This document shows, piece after piece, positions 25,796 to 34,903 of a DNA stretch of 57,625 bases; position 1 is the first letter of the stretch; each line of letters opens with the position of its first letter. The stretch lies in contig JBMFSN010000001.1 in the NCBI GenBank assembly GCA_049967535.1, forward strand, positions 1 to 57,625, written 5' to 3'. The notes beneath the pieces are model-generated. The model made no database searches. It was not told where the DNA came from and saw only the letters and a list, made by a program, of their open reading frames with translations. This DNA comes from Minisyncoccia bacterium. Its GTDB lineage: Bacteria > Patescibacteriota > Minisyncoccia > UBA6257. The position numbers were made by a program, and so were the translations under genes.

Positions 25796-26100
25796 TTTGC
25801 TTCTGGCCTAAATTTTAAAAGAAGTATTGAGTATTGAGTATAAAAGTTTAAAATTCAAAAATCAAAAAAGACCCTACGGGGAGTCGCAAGCGACTGCAAA
25901 ATGTAAAATGACAATATAAAGTTTAAAAAAGTAAATTTTAACATTTTAAACTGTCATTTTGATTTTTGATATTTACATTTTGAATTAAAAAAGCATTTAT
26001 GATTCGTAATTTCCATAATTTTGAGTTTCGGGTTATAAGTTTACAAATTATAAGGATTATGATTAAAAATTGTAAATTAGAAATTGTAAATTTCTAAAAC
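25796..26100 (+). repeat. Complex 305-bp intergenic region: heptamer modules, a large imperfect inverted repeat and a GC-rich mini-palindrome
   Basis: gtattgagtattgagta (25824..25840). caaaatgtaaaatgaca (25896..25912) pairs with tgtcatttt...atttacattttg (25952..25982). AGTCGCAAGCGACT lies at 25881..25894. attaaaaattgtaaattagaaattgtaaatt sits before the fmt ATG. Confidence 0.7.
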
Positions 26101-27042
26101 ATGCGCTATATATTTTTCGGTTCATCTGAGTTTGCAAAAATAATACTTCAAGAGCTTCTTGAATCTGATATGAAGCCTCTTTTAGTTATTACTCAACCAC
26201 CAAAGCCAAAAGGAAGAAAGCAAATTCTCTCCCCTACCCCAGTACAACTTTTTGCTGAACAAAATAAACTACCAGTTTTAACACCAGAAAATTTGAATAA
26301 TTTAAATTTCTTAAAACAAATTGAAGATATTAATCCTAATTTTATTCTTCTCACTGCTTACGGAAAAATTATTCCTTCTTCACTGATTAAATTGCCACCT
26401 TTTGGTTTTTTAAATTTACACCCCTCGCTTTTACCAAAATGGCGCGGCGCGACTCCAATTCAATCTGCTATTTTAGAGGGAGAAACGGAAACTGGAGTTA
26501 CCTTATTTAAAATGGATGAGCAAATTGACCATGGCCCAATAATTCAGTATACAGTATACAGAATACAGTATACAAGGATTACTTATTTGGAATTATCACA
26601 ACAGCTAGCACAAGTCGGCGCTAACTTAATCATTAAAACTCTTCCCCAATGGCTTGAGGGAAAAATAATTCCTCAACCTCAAAATGAACAATTAGCTACT
26701 TACTGCCATAAAATTACTCCGGAAGACGAAAAGATTAATTGGCAAACAAGTGCTGAAGAAGTTGATAGAAAAGTAAGAGCTCTGAACCCTAGTCCTGGCA
26801 CTTATACTATTATCCAAGACAAAATTCTTAAAATTATCAGTGGCTCACCTTTTATTGATAATTCTCTTTCCAAAAATAAAAAAGAAGGAGAAATTTTTGA
26901 AACTTCTAACCATAAAATAGCCATCCAATGCCATAATAGTATTTATCAAATTGATTTTTTAAAACCAGCAGGTAAAAATATAATGACGAGTCAGGATTTT
27001 TTACGAGGCAATCAATGGGTTTTAGGACAAATTATTTCATAA
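26101..27042 (+). CDS. fmt: Methionyl-tRNA formyltransferase
   Basis: FFGSSEFA, LNLHPSLLPKWRGATPIQSAIL, and C-terminal domain NPSPGTYT. def-fmt pair. Confidence 0.9.
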   Translation: MRYIFFGSSEFAKIILQELLESDMKPLLVITQPPKPKGRKQILSPTPVQLFAEQNKLPVLTPENLNNLNFLKQIEDINPNFILLTAYGKIIPSSLIKLPPFGFLNLHPSLLPKWRGATPIQSAILEGETETGVTLFKMDEQIDHGPIIQYTVYRIQYTRITYLELSQQLAQVGANLIIKTLPQWLEGKIIPQPQNEQLATYCHKITPEDEKINWQTSAEEVDRKVRALNPSPGTYTIIQDKILKIISGSPFIDNSLSKNKKEGEIFETSNHKIAIQCHNSIYQIDFLKPAGKNIMTSQDFLRGNQWVLGQIIS

Positions 27043-27056
27043 AAGTATATTCTTAT

Positions 27057-27620
27057 ATGACAACCTTAACTAATCAAAAATATTTGCTTCAAATAGCGCG
27101 TAAAACTATTGAGAAATACTCTCTTAACGGCTCTCTTTTGGAATTAGATGACACTGATTTTGATTCAGAGCTCCTAGTAAAAAGAGCAACCTTTGTTACC
27201 TTAACTAAAAACAACGAACTTCGAGGTTGTATGGGAGAACTTGAGGCACATAAACCTCTTTACCAAAGTGTGATTGATAATAGTTTAGCAAGTGCCTTTT
27301 TAGACCCTCGCTTTTCCCCAATCACCCATGACGAATTAACAGATTTAAAAATAGAAATTTCTATTTTAAGCCCTTTAAAAAAACTGGCGCTTAATAATAC
27401 TCAAAAATTATTGAAATATCTTCAAGAAAAAAGACCTGGTTTGTTAATTAAAAAAAATGGTTTTCAAGCCACTTTTCTACCACAGGTTTGGGAAGAATTA
27501 CCAAACCCCAAGGATTTTCTCTCTCAATTATGTTTAAAAGCGGGTTTACCTCAAGAGCAATGGCAAAATTTAGATTTAGAAATCTCAGAATATCAAGTAG
27601 AAGAATTTAAAGAAGAATAA
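27057..27620 (+). CDS. amrA: AMMECR1-domain protein (AmmeMemoRadiSam system protein A)
   Basis: ATFVTLTKNNELRGCMGE (LRGCIG motif) and DPRFSP. Start moved to ATG 27057 because track start 27015 overlaps the fmt end. Confidence 0.8.
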   Translation: MTTLTNQKYLLQIARKTIEKYSLNGSLLELDDTDFDSELLVKRATFVTLTKNNELRGCMGELEAHKPLYQSVIDNSLASAFLDPRFSPITHDELTDLKIEISILSPLKKLALNNTQKLLKYLQEKRPGLLIKKNGFQATFLPQVWEELPNPKDFLSQLCLKAGLPQEQWQNLDLEISEYQVEEFKEE

Positions 27621-28414
27621 TAACCAATGCTAGCATAACCGACTACTTGGCTTTTGTCTCCTGTAATCTCGCCTGAATTTAAAGAGCAAAGCAATTTTGA
27701 TTGCCATTTTCTCTTTTGAGCAATCTCTATTAAAACTTCGATGCCAGTTTTACCACAAGCTTCACCGTATTCTTCTAATCTTTGAATATCGTTGTCTAAA
27801 ATAGCATCAATTGTCACTTTATCTAATTGTTGCGCTTCATGATAGGGATAATAATGACTTAAATCAGAACTGATAACTAATAAAGTAGTTTCATCCAAAA
27901 GTTTGTCAATAATACCCGCTGCTTGTTGAGGATTAACTTCTCCTGTCAAAAAAGGAATAATTTTAAAATTTTGAAGAATCGTTTGAAGATAAGGTAATTC
28001 TACTTCTAAACAATGTTCTGGCTCGTGAATCTCTGAAGATTCAATAATTTCTTCACTATTTTTTACCTCTTTTAAGTTTTCTTTTCCCAAGGATTCTACT
28101 TGGCCTAAAGGAGTTTCCCAAATACCCTGAGGACTAAGAGCTAGACCTTGAAAGCTAAAATGATGGCTAGGGCCTAAAAGAATAATTCTTTGATAGGAAT
28201 AATTTTGTAAAATCTTAAAACCGTAAGCCGCTACTGGCCCAGAATAAATATAACCAGCGTGGGGAACAATAATCGCTTTTGGTGAAAAATCAAATTTTTC
28301 TACTGTTGCCTGATGCAAAAACTTGTCAATCATCTCTTTTAAAGCCCGAGGTTCATTAGGGTAAAAAGTTCCCGCAAATTGTGGTGAACGAATAAACATA
28401 AATGCAATTTTCAA
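27593..28414 (-). CDS. amrB: Memo-like protein (AmmeMemoRadiSam system protein B)
   Basis: PHAGYIYSGPVAAYGF, LGPSHH, SSDLSHY and EACG. Confidence 0.8.
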   Translation of the reverse strand: MKIAFMFIRSPQFAGTFYPNEPRALKEMIDKFLHQATVEKFDFSPKAIIVPHAGYIYSGPVAAYGFKILQNYSYQRIILLGPSHHFSFQGLALSPQGIWETPLGQVESLGKENLKEVKNSEEIIESSEIHEPEHCLEVELPYLQTILQNFKIIPFLTGEVNPQQAAGIIDKLLDETTLLVISSDLSHYYPYHEAQQLDKVTIDAILDNDIQRLEEYGEACGKTGIEVLIEIAQKRKWQSKLLCSLNSGEITGDKSQVVGYASIGYYSSLNSST

Positions 28415-28509
28415 TTATCAATTCTCAATTTTCAATAAATTTTCAATGATTTAATTTTTAATTTTCCCCATTTTAAATACAGAATACAAAATACTAGATA
28501 CTAAATACT
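28415..28509 (-). repeat. Intergenic modular repeat cassette (sense to the minus-strand gene)
   Basis: Plus strand: caattttcaattatcaattctcaattttcaataaattttcaatgatttaatttttaatttt...aaatacagaatacaaaatactagatactaaatac. Confidence 0.8.
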
Positions 28510-29523
28510 TTATTTCCACCTTCCCGGAATCTTTTCCCCACATTTCGGACATTTACCATCTTGAAGATTGTTTTGAATCATTTCTATCCCCCACCTTTCA
28601 ATTATCTTGGTGCCGCATTTGGGACAATAAGTACTTTCATAATTTTCGTCTGGAATATTACCTGTATAAACATAATTAAGACCAGCTTTTTTCCCGATTT
28701 TATAAGCTCGAATTAAAGTATTTTGAGTAGTAGAAGGAACATTCAACATTTTATAAGCGGGATAAAAAGCAGAGATATGCCAAGGTAAATCGGGAGAGAT
28801 TTTCACTAAGAATTCAGCAATATCTTTTAATTCTTTAAGAGAATCATTAAAACCAGGAATGATTAAGGTTGTGACTTCTTCCCAAACTCCCATTTGCCAG
28901 ATTTTTTTAATATTTTCTTTTACCGGCTCCAAATGAGCATGAATAATGCGTCGATAAAAATCTTCGCGAAAACTTTTTAGATCAACATTAATCGCGTCTA
29001 AATAAGGACTAATTAGCTTTAATGTTTCTTTGCTCATATAACCATTAGAAACCCAAACATTTTTGATTTTCGCTTTTTTAGCTAATTTCATAATAGCTAG
29101 AGCATATTCTATCCAAACTGTTGGCTCATTATAAGTATAAGCAATGACTGGAATATTATTTTCTTGACAATAATCAATAATTCTCTCTGGAAACCATTCT
29201 TCCCCCCAAAAAGAAACTGATTGATTTTTGGGAGCTTGGGAAATATCCCAATTCTGGCAAAATTCGCAGCCAAAATTACACCCCAAAGTACCTAAAGAAA
29301 ATGCTAGAGAACCTGGCAAAAAATGAAATAAGGGCTTCTTTTCTATGGGGTCTAAATTCAAAGCAGCTACGCGATTGTCAACTAAAAGTTTTAATTTTCC
29401 TTTATCATTCTGTCTTACCCCGCAAAGACCGCTTTTCCCTTCAGAAATAATACAATAATTATTACAAGCCAAACATTGTATCTTCTCTTCTTTTAGTTTT
29501 TTATATAACTTTATTTCAGGCAT
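28510..29523 (-). CDS. amrS: Radical SAM enzyme (AmmeMemoRadiSam system, AmrS)
   Basis: CNFGCEFCQNW (CxxxCxxC), an N-terminal CLACNNYC cluster and C-terminal CPKCG...CPKCG zinc-ribbon-like Cys pairs. Confidence 0.85.
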   Translation of the reverse strand: MPEIKLYKKLKEEKIQCLACNNYCIISEGKSGLCGVRQNDKGKLKLLVDNRVAALNLDPIEKKPLFHFLPGSLAFSLGTLGCNFGCEFCQNWDISQAPKNQSVSFWGEEWFPERIIDYCQENNIPVIAYTYNEPTVWIEYALAIMKLAKKAKIKNVWVSNGYMSKETLKLISPYLDAINVDLKSFREDFYRRIIHAHLEPVKENIKKIWQMGVWEEVTTLIIPGFNDSLKELKDIAEFLVKISPDLPWHISAFYPAYKMLNVPSTTQNTLIRAYKIGKKAGLNYVYTGNIPDENYESTYCPKCGTKIIERWGIEMIQNNLQDGKCPKCGEKIPGRWK

Positions 29524-29610
29524 TACTAATATTATAACATAAAATATCTTTAATAATTAAGAGGATAATATATTTGCCTTAAGAAACGCTCAAACGATTC
29601 TTGAAGCCTG

Positions 29611-30549
29611 CTATGGCGTGGAACTCAATTTAATATGAGAAAAAATATAATCAGCTATGGGTTGATAAAAATCCACTAGTCTTTCAGGGCAGGTTAAGCT
29701 GATACTCAACAAAAATCTTTTTCCTAAAAAACTTTTTTCCAAATAAGTCTTGTTAAAAACAATATAACTCATTCCCTTGGTAATAGTTCTTACTTTTAAA
29801 AACATCTCCTTATCCCCATACTGTTTATTTAAAATAGTATAATCATCAATTAATCGAGCTTTCAAAAGGGCCTTATTTTCACTTTCTGTAATAGTTTGCA
29901 CCAAATTACCAAAAGGTAAATTTTTATAATTTGATACCATCCTTTGGGTAATAGAAAATTGAGCGCCATTTTCATCTTGGACCACCAGTAAAGTGGACAC
30001 TCCCTTGCTTAAGTCTTTAGAATAATAAGAAAAAACATCAGTGATCAAGTTATTAATCAAACCCACATCTAATACCGACCAGCGAGGATATGAAATAGTG
30101 CCTACTCCTAATAAATTAAAATCCTGGTATTCTGTTAATTTATCTTGTACCTCAAAAGGAACATCATACTCTTGAATCCCAATAATAAATTTTAAATTAT
30201 AATGACCAATGTCTTTCGGCGCCTCAAAACAACATATTTTGTTATCCCCGGAGGAAAGAGTAGTTTGAGATAAAAAAATATCCTTTTGTCTATTACTATC
30301 TACTAAAATAATTGTCGCAGGTATTTTAGTTACATAATTTTTACCACTAATCAAAAATTCATCACCTTTCATAAAAGAATTGGTGTTCAAAACTTCTTTT
30401 GATTGAGAATTAATTTTTCCTAGCTGAATATCTCTTAAAGGAAAAGATAAATTCTGAGTATTATGTTTGTTTTTCAAAATTATCTCTAAGCCAAGAAGAA
30501 CAAATAATACTAGGATAGAGCTAATAAAAATTATATTTTTTCTTTTCAT
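29611..30549 (-). CDS. Hypothetical membrane-anchored protein
   Basis: 312 aa, N-terminal TM (IIFISSILVLFVLLGLEIIL). Overlaps the tgt stop by 4 nt. No family recognised. Confidence 0.55.
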   Translation of the reverse strand: MKRKNIIFISSILVLFVLLGLEIILKNKHNTQNLSFPLRDIQLGKINSQSKEVLNTNSFMKGDEFLISGKNYVTKIPATIILVDSNRQKDIFLSQTTLSSGDNKICCFEAPKDIGHYNLKFIIGIQEYDVPFEVQDKLTEYQDFNLLGVGTISYPRWSVLDVGLINNLITDVFSYYSKDLSKGVSTLLVVQDENGAQFSITQRMVSNYKNLPFGNLVQTITESENKALLKARLIDDYTILNKQYGDKEMFLKVRTITKGMSYIVFNKTYLEKSFLGKRFLLSISLTCPERLVDFYQPIADYIFSHIKLSSTP

Positions 30550-31691
30550 AAAACAATATGTTTTCTTAGGTCTTGAATTAGTTTTATCATAAATCTTAAA
30601 TTATGAAGAGTTGCTAATCTTAAATATAATGGTTCTTGGGCTTGATATAAATGTCTTAAATAAGCTCGAGAAAAATTTTTGCAGGTATAACAATCGCAAG
30701 AGTCATCAATGGGTTTTTTGTCGTCTTTAAATCGACTATTATTAATATTTAAGATACCATTTTTATCTTCCGATTCAAAGGTTATCTCTTTCTCATGAAA
30801 AACTAAATGTCCAGAATATAATCCTCCGTGGCGGGCAATTCTGGCGGGATTTACACAATCGAACATATCAACTCCTCGTTTCACTACTTCTAATACGTCT
30901 AATGGCGAGGCTCCTAAGCCCATGGTATATAAAGGTTTATCTTGGGGCAAAATAGATTTTAATTCTTCTATAATTTCCAAGGTTCTTGGCATATTATAAC
31001 CGATGGTCTCCCCTCCCAAGGCTAAACCATCAAAAGGTAAGCTCGAAATAAACTCTGCTGATTGTTTTCTTAAATCAGAAAAGATTCCTCCTTGGATAAT
31101 ACCAAATAAAAGAGGTGAATTTTGATTATTGTCTTTTTCTTTTTGGCTTAATTCTTGATGTTTTAAAAGAGATCTTTCGGCCCAGCGATGGGTTCTTTCC
31201 ATTGATTGCCTAATATATTCTTTATCATTATTATCAGGAGCACACTCATCAAAAGCCATAATAATATCAGAGCCAATTTTATGTTCAATTTCAATGGCTT
31301 TTTCAGGGGTAATAAAGTGTTTAGAACCATTAATAGGTGATTGAAATTCTACCCCTTCTTCGGTAATTTTACTTAATTTTGGCCCTCTTTGACTTAAACT
31401 CCAGGCCTGAAAACCCCCAGAATCGCTCAAAATGGGCCTTTTAAAGCCCATAAAGTTATGAATACCTCCTAAATACTGGATAAGCTCTTCCCCTGGCCTT
31501 AAATGCAAATGAAGCGCATTCACTAAAATAATTTCTGCCTCTATCCTTTCTAAGTCATCTGGGGCAATAGCCTTTACTGATGCCTGAGTGCCGGGAGGCA
31601 TAAAAATAGGGGTATGAAAAATGCCATGATTAGTAGCTATTTCTCCTATCCTACTTTGGTCTTTTTTTGATTGTTTAATAAGCCTAAACAT
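30546..31691 (-). CDS. tgt: Queuine tRNA-ribosyltransferase (tRNA-guanine transglycosylase)
   Basis: TPIFMPPGTQA, SDSGGFQ, LFGIIQGG, DMFDCVNPAR and the zinc site CDCYTC...H. Confidence 0.92.
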   Translation of the reverse strand: MFRLIKQSKKDQSRIGEIATNHGIFHTPIFMPPGTQASVKAIAPDDLERIEAEIILVNALHLHLRPGEELIQYLGGIHNFMGFKRPILSDSGGFQAWSLSQRGPKLSKITEEGVEFQSPINGSKHFITPEKAIEIEHKIGSDIIMAFDECAPDNNDKEYIRQSMERTHRWAERSLLKHQELSQKEKDNNQNSPLLFGIIQGGIFSDLRKQSAEFISSLPFDGLALGGETIGYNMPRTLEIIEELKSILPQDKPLYTMGLGASPLDVLEVVKRGVDMFDCVNPARIARHGGLYSGHLVFHEKEITFESEDKNGILNINNSRFKDDKKPIDDSCDCYTCKNFSRAYLRHLYQAQEPLYLRLATLHNLRFMIKLIQDLRKHIVL

Positions 31692-31804
31692 GATAATAAT
31701 TCAAAAGTCAAAATTTAGTATTCAGTATTGAGTATTGAGTATTGGGTATAATTGTTTAAAAGTTAAAAATTAAAAATTTATTATTGTATTCCAGATTCAT
31801 AATT
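31692..31804 (+). repeat. Intergenic modular heptamer cassette in plus orientation between two minus-strand genes
   Basis: tagtattcagtattgagtattgagtattgggtataattgtttaaaagttaaaaattaaaaattt. Orientation is opposite to the flanking genes. Confidence 0.85.
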
Positions 31805-32851
31805 CTAAGTAATAAACATTGCGTCTCCAAAAGAAAAAAATCTATATTTTTTATCAATAGCTTCAGAATAGGCTTTTAAAATTAAATCCCTGCCTGCAAA
31901 AGCGCTTACCAACATTAATAAAGTAGACTTAGGTAAATGAAAGTTAGTAATTAAAGCATCAGTAAATCGAAACTGGAATCCTGGATAAATATATAAATTA
32001 GTCCAACCTTCTTTTGCTTTCAATTGATGGTTTTCTTGGCTGCAACTTTCCAAAACTCTGGCTACGGTTGTTCCTACGCTGATAATTCTTTTACCTTCAG
32101 CTTTATCTTGGTTTAATTTTTGAGTGATATCTTGGGGTAGAATAAAATATTCCGAATGCATTTGATGTTTTTCTATTTCTTGCTCTTTCACGGGTAAAAA
32201 AGTACCCAAACCTACGTGTAAAGTAATAAATTCTATTTCAATTCCTTTGTTTTTTATTTGTTCTAAAAGAGATTCGGTAAAATGAAATCCAGCAGTGGGG
32301 GCCGCCACCGCTCCTTCTTTAGAGGCATAAACTGTTTGGTATTTTTCGAAAGATTCTGGCGACGGTTGATTAACATAAGGAGGGAGTGGCATCTGGCCTA
32401 ATTTGATAATTTCTTCTTTTAAATCGTTCCCTTCTAGATTAAAAAGAATAGTTCTTTCGTAGCCATTTTTTTCAATAATTTCTCCTTTCAATTTGTCAGA
32501 AAAAATAATCTCTTGATTTAATTTTAATTCTGGTTGGCCAATAATCATCCATTCCTTTGGCCAATGAATAAAATCAAAAAAATTTAAACCCTTAGGTTTA
32601 ATTAAAACAATTTCTGCTTTGCCACCAGTTTTAGTTTTTTTGCCAAATAAGCGGGCGGGTACTACTTTGGTATTATTAAATACCAAAACATCTTGAGGTG
32701 TTAAATAATCTAAAATTTGATAAAAATAATGATGTTGAATCTCTTGGGTTTTTCGGTCGAGAATTAAAAGCCGAGAGTGGTCTCTCGGCTCTATTGGCTT
32801 TTGAGCAATTAATTCTTTAGGTAAATAATAATCAAATAAAGAAATATCCAT
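31805..32851 (-). CDS. queA: S-adenosylmethionine:tRNA ribosyltransferase-isomerase
   Basis: FDYYLPKELIAQKP, AAPTAGFHFT, GTTVARVLES and FFSFGDAMFI. Confidence 0.92.
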   Translation of the reverse strand: MDISLFDYYLPKELIAQKPIEPRDHSRLLILDRKTQEIQHHYFYQILDYLTPQDVLVFNNTKVVPARLFGKKTKTGGKAEIVLIKPKGLNFFDFIHWPKEWMIIGQPELKLNQEIIFSDKLKGEIIEKNGYERTILFNLEGNDLKEEIIKLGQMPLPPYVNQPSPESFEKYQTVYASKEGAVAAPTAGFHFTESLLEQIKNKGIEIEFITLHVGLGTFLPVKEQEIEKHQMHSEYFILPQDITQKLNQDKAEGKRIISVGTTVARVLESCSQENHQLKAKEGWTNLYIYPGFQFRFTDALITNFHLPKSTLLMLVSAFAGRDLILKAYSEAIDKKYRFFSFGDAMFIT

Positions 32852-32860
32852 ATTCTTTGA

Positions 32861-33433
32861 TTACTCCTTGCAACAATCTAAAACCTGTTGAATCATGTCT
32901 CCTAATTTACTAAAAACATTAAGTTTTTTGTTTTTTTTATTATTATTATTTTCAGAATCATTCGAAAGAGTAACTGTTTCAGATTCTTGAGGGTCATCTT
33001 CTTTTCCTTTGACATCTTTGACGTCAATTAATCCTAAATTTAAACCCCAAAAAATATTCCAAAATAAATAAGCCTTATCAAATAAATCTTGAGCTTTAGC
33101 TTTGTCTCCATCAGATAATTTCTTTGTTCCTACCTCCATTAATCTCATGGTAACAGCTAATAAATGCTTAGAAATACACCAAACTTCCCCCTCGGGATTT
33201 TTAACTATCTCCTGAAGCAAAGTTTTTCTTACTTCTCTAGTTTGATTAAGGAGCTCTAAATATTTATTATCTTTAGTCTTGTTATAGGTAAAAAAGAAAT
33301 GTTCTTCCATAGAAATTAAATTCATGATGCCAACTGCTAAATCTTCTTTAGAGGATAAATCTAAAGGATTTTTACCATTTTTTAATTCCTGAATTTTATC
33401 AATAATATGAGAAAATTGTTCTTCTTTGTACAT
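32861..33433 (-). CDS. Hypothetical helical protein ending in CCKE
   Basis: 190 aa with no TM. Asn/Lys-rich segment near the C-terminus; C-terminal LDCCKE. No family recognised. Confidence 0.55.
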   Translation of the reverse strand: MYKEEQFSHIIDKIQELKNGKNPLDLSSKEDLAVGIMNLISMEEHFFFTYNKTKDNKYLELLNQTREVRKTLLQEIVKNPEGEVWCISKHLLAVTMRLMEVGTKKLSDGDKAKAQDLFDKAYLFWNIFWGLNLGLIDVKDVKGKEDDPQESETVTLSNDSENNNNKKNKKLNVFSKLGDMIQQVLDCCKE

Positions 33434-33443
33434 AGCTTTTAAT

Positions 33444-33890
33444 TTAAATTAAAATTTTACACAGCCATAATTCAAAAATGAAACTCACTATTATTAAGAC
33501 CACGATAGGAACAATCACCCTCTGATAAGGGAAATACACTTTATTTTGATGAAATTTTTTAATAAGAAAATTATTTATTAAGTCGCTGATAAATAAAATT
33601 AACATGCCTAAAATAGTGCCAGCTATTACTCTTGGCAATCCACAAAAAAGATTACTCCAATCTAATTGATGCCAAATCGGTAAAAAAGACAAAATAATAG
33701 TTAGGATAAAGATAACCCAAAAACTAAAAGGAAAATTTTTCTTTCTTTTAAAAAGAAATTTATTAATTTGAACGGAAAGAGAGAGAATTAAGGCTCCAAT
33801 CCATAAACCCAAAGTTAAATCATTAATCCCCAAAAGCCTGGAAAGCCATAATCCCCCGGCAATTCCTACAGCACATAATGGTCCGCACAT
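33444..33890 (-). CDS. Hypothetical polytopic membrane protein starting MCGPLC
   Basis: 148 aa, about 4 hydrophobic spans, N-terminal Cys pair. No family recognised. Confidence 0.55.
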   Translation of the reverse strand: MCGPLCAVGIAGGLWLSRLLGINDLTLGLWIGALILSLSVQINKFLFKRKKNFPFSFWVIFILTIILSFLPIWHQLDWSNLFCGLPRVIAGTILGMLILFISDLINNFLIKKFHQNKVYFPYQRVIVPIVVLIIVSFIFELWLCKILI

Positions 33891-33961
33891 ATTAGTAATT
33901 TTAAATTTTAAATTTAAATTTTAAATTTTTTAACCTTTATACTTAATACTCAATACTTATT
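33891..33961 (-). repeat. Intergenic modular repeat cassette (sense to the minus-strand gene)
   Basis: Reverse complement: aataagtattgagtattaagtataaaggttaaaaaatttaaaatttaaatttaaaatttaaaattactaat, then ATG. Confidence 0.8.
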
Positions 33962-34903
33962 TTATTCTTTATCATTAGTAATTTTTAAAAAACCATTAAC
34001 AATAAGATTGACAGCTTCTTTTTGGGTTAATCCCCTGCTTCTTAAATAATTAATTTCTTCCTGATTAATTTTACCAATAGAAGCTTCATGGGTCAAGATG
34101 GACTCTTTATTTCTATTAATTAAAGCGGGAACTAGTTCGATAGAAGAGTGGTGATCTAAAATAATGCCCCGACAGTCTAAATGGCCCTTTCCCTCTGCCT
34201 GGGCTACTAATTTATTAACAGCTTTTATTTGGGCATTTTTGTCGGCAACCAATCTCAAATACACTGCTCCTTGAGAGTTCTTTCCCAATAAGTCCATTTC
34301 CTCTTCTAGATTAACAGCAGTATTCTTACTTCTTATGCCTACATTAATATTTGCCGACGCTTTTTCTTTTAAAATAATTTTAGTTTTAAAATTTAGTTCT
34401 TTAGGAGGATTGAGTAGTTGATATAAATAATTTAATTTTGCTCCCTTTTCTAGAATAAATTCATAATCAGGCTCTACATAATCATGTTCCCCCCAAGAAT
34501 GTAAATGTTTATATATCAAACTCGCTCCTTCTTTGAGGATTATTTTCCCTTGGGCATAATGATTGGCACATAAACCATTAGCCAAAGCGCTACAAGAGAC
34601 AAAAGATTCAATAGTTAATCCCTTTTCAATAATTAAAAGATTCTGTAATTGTTGATTAATTTTAGATTGAGAAATAGCTACACAGGTAGATAAAGGATTA
34701 CTTTGTTGCTTTTTTACCCAAATAAAATAACCTTCTTTTGGTATTTGATTAAAATATTGCTTTGCCCAGGGATATTTTTGATAAGCTTGAAAGGATTCTA
34801 ATATTTCCACCCCAAAAGGAGCATAAATACTAACCAAAGCATGATTAAGATAGTAGAAATTAGCAGACTTTTTTGTAACAGATTTTACATTTCTCATAGC
34901 CAT
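33962..34903 (-). CDS. Fe-S cluster assembly protein SufB/SufD family
   Basis: C-terminal ILTHEASIGKINQEEINYLRSRGLTQKEAVNLIVNGF is typical of SufB/SufD. Track start 34954 would overlap sufC by 95 nt; an internal ATG at 34903 or 34897 is more plausible. Confidence 0.75.
   Translation of the reverse strand: MAMRNVKSVTKKSANFYYLNHALVSIYAPFGVEILESFQAYQKYPWAKQYFNQIPKEGYFIWVKKQQSNPLSTCVAISQSKINQQLQNLLIIEKGLTIESFVSCSALANGLCANHYAQGKIILKEGASLIYKHLHSWGEHDYVEPDYEFILEKGAKLNYLYQLLNPPKELNFKTKIILKEKASANINVGIRSKNTAVNLEEEMDLLGKNSQGAVYLRLVADKNAQIKAVNKLVAQAEGKGHLDCRGIILDHHSSIELVPALINRNKESILTHEASIGKINQEEINYLRSRGLTQKEAVNLIVNGFLKITNDKE

Noticed and set aside
27015-27056. AMMECR1 start at 27015, and the 16476 start of the ORF after tdk
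   Set aside because: Both overlap the 3' end of the preceding gene in another frame. Downstream ATGs (27057 and 16521) remove the overlap, and 16521 has a strong RBS.
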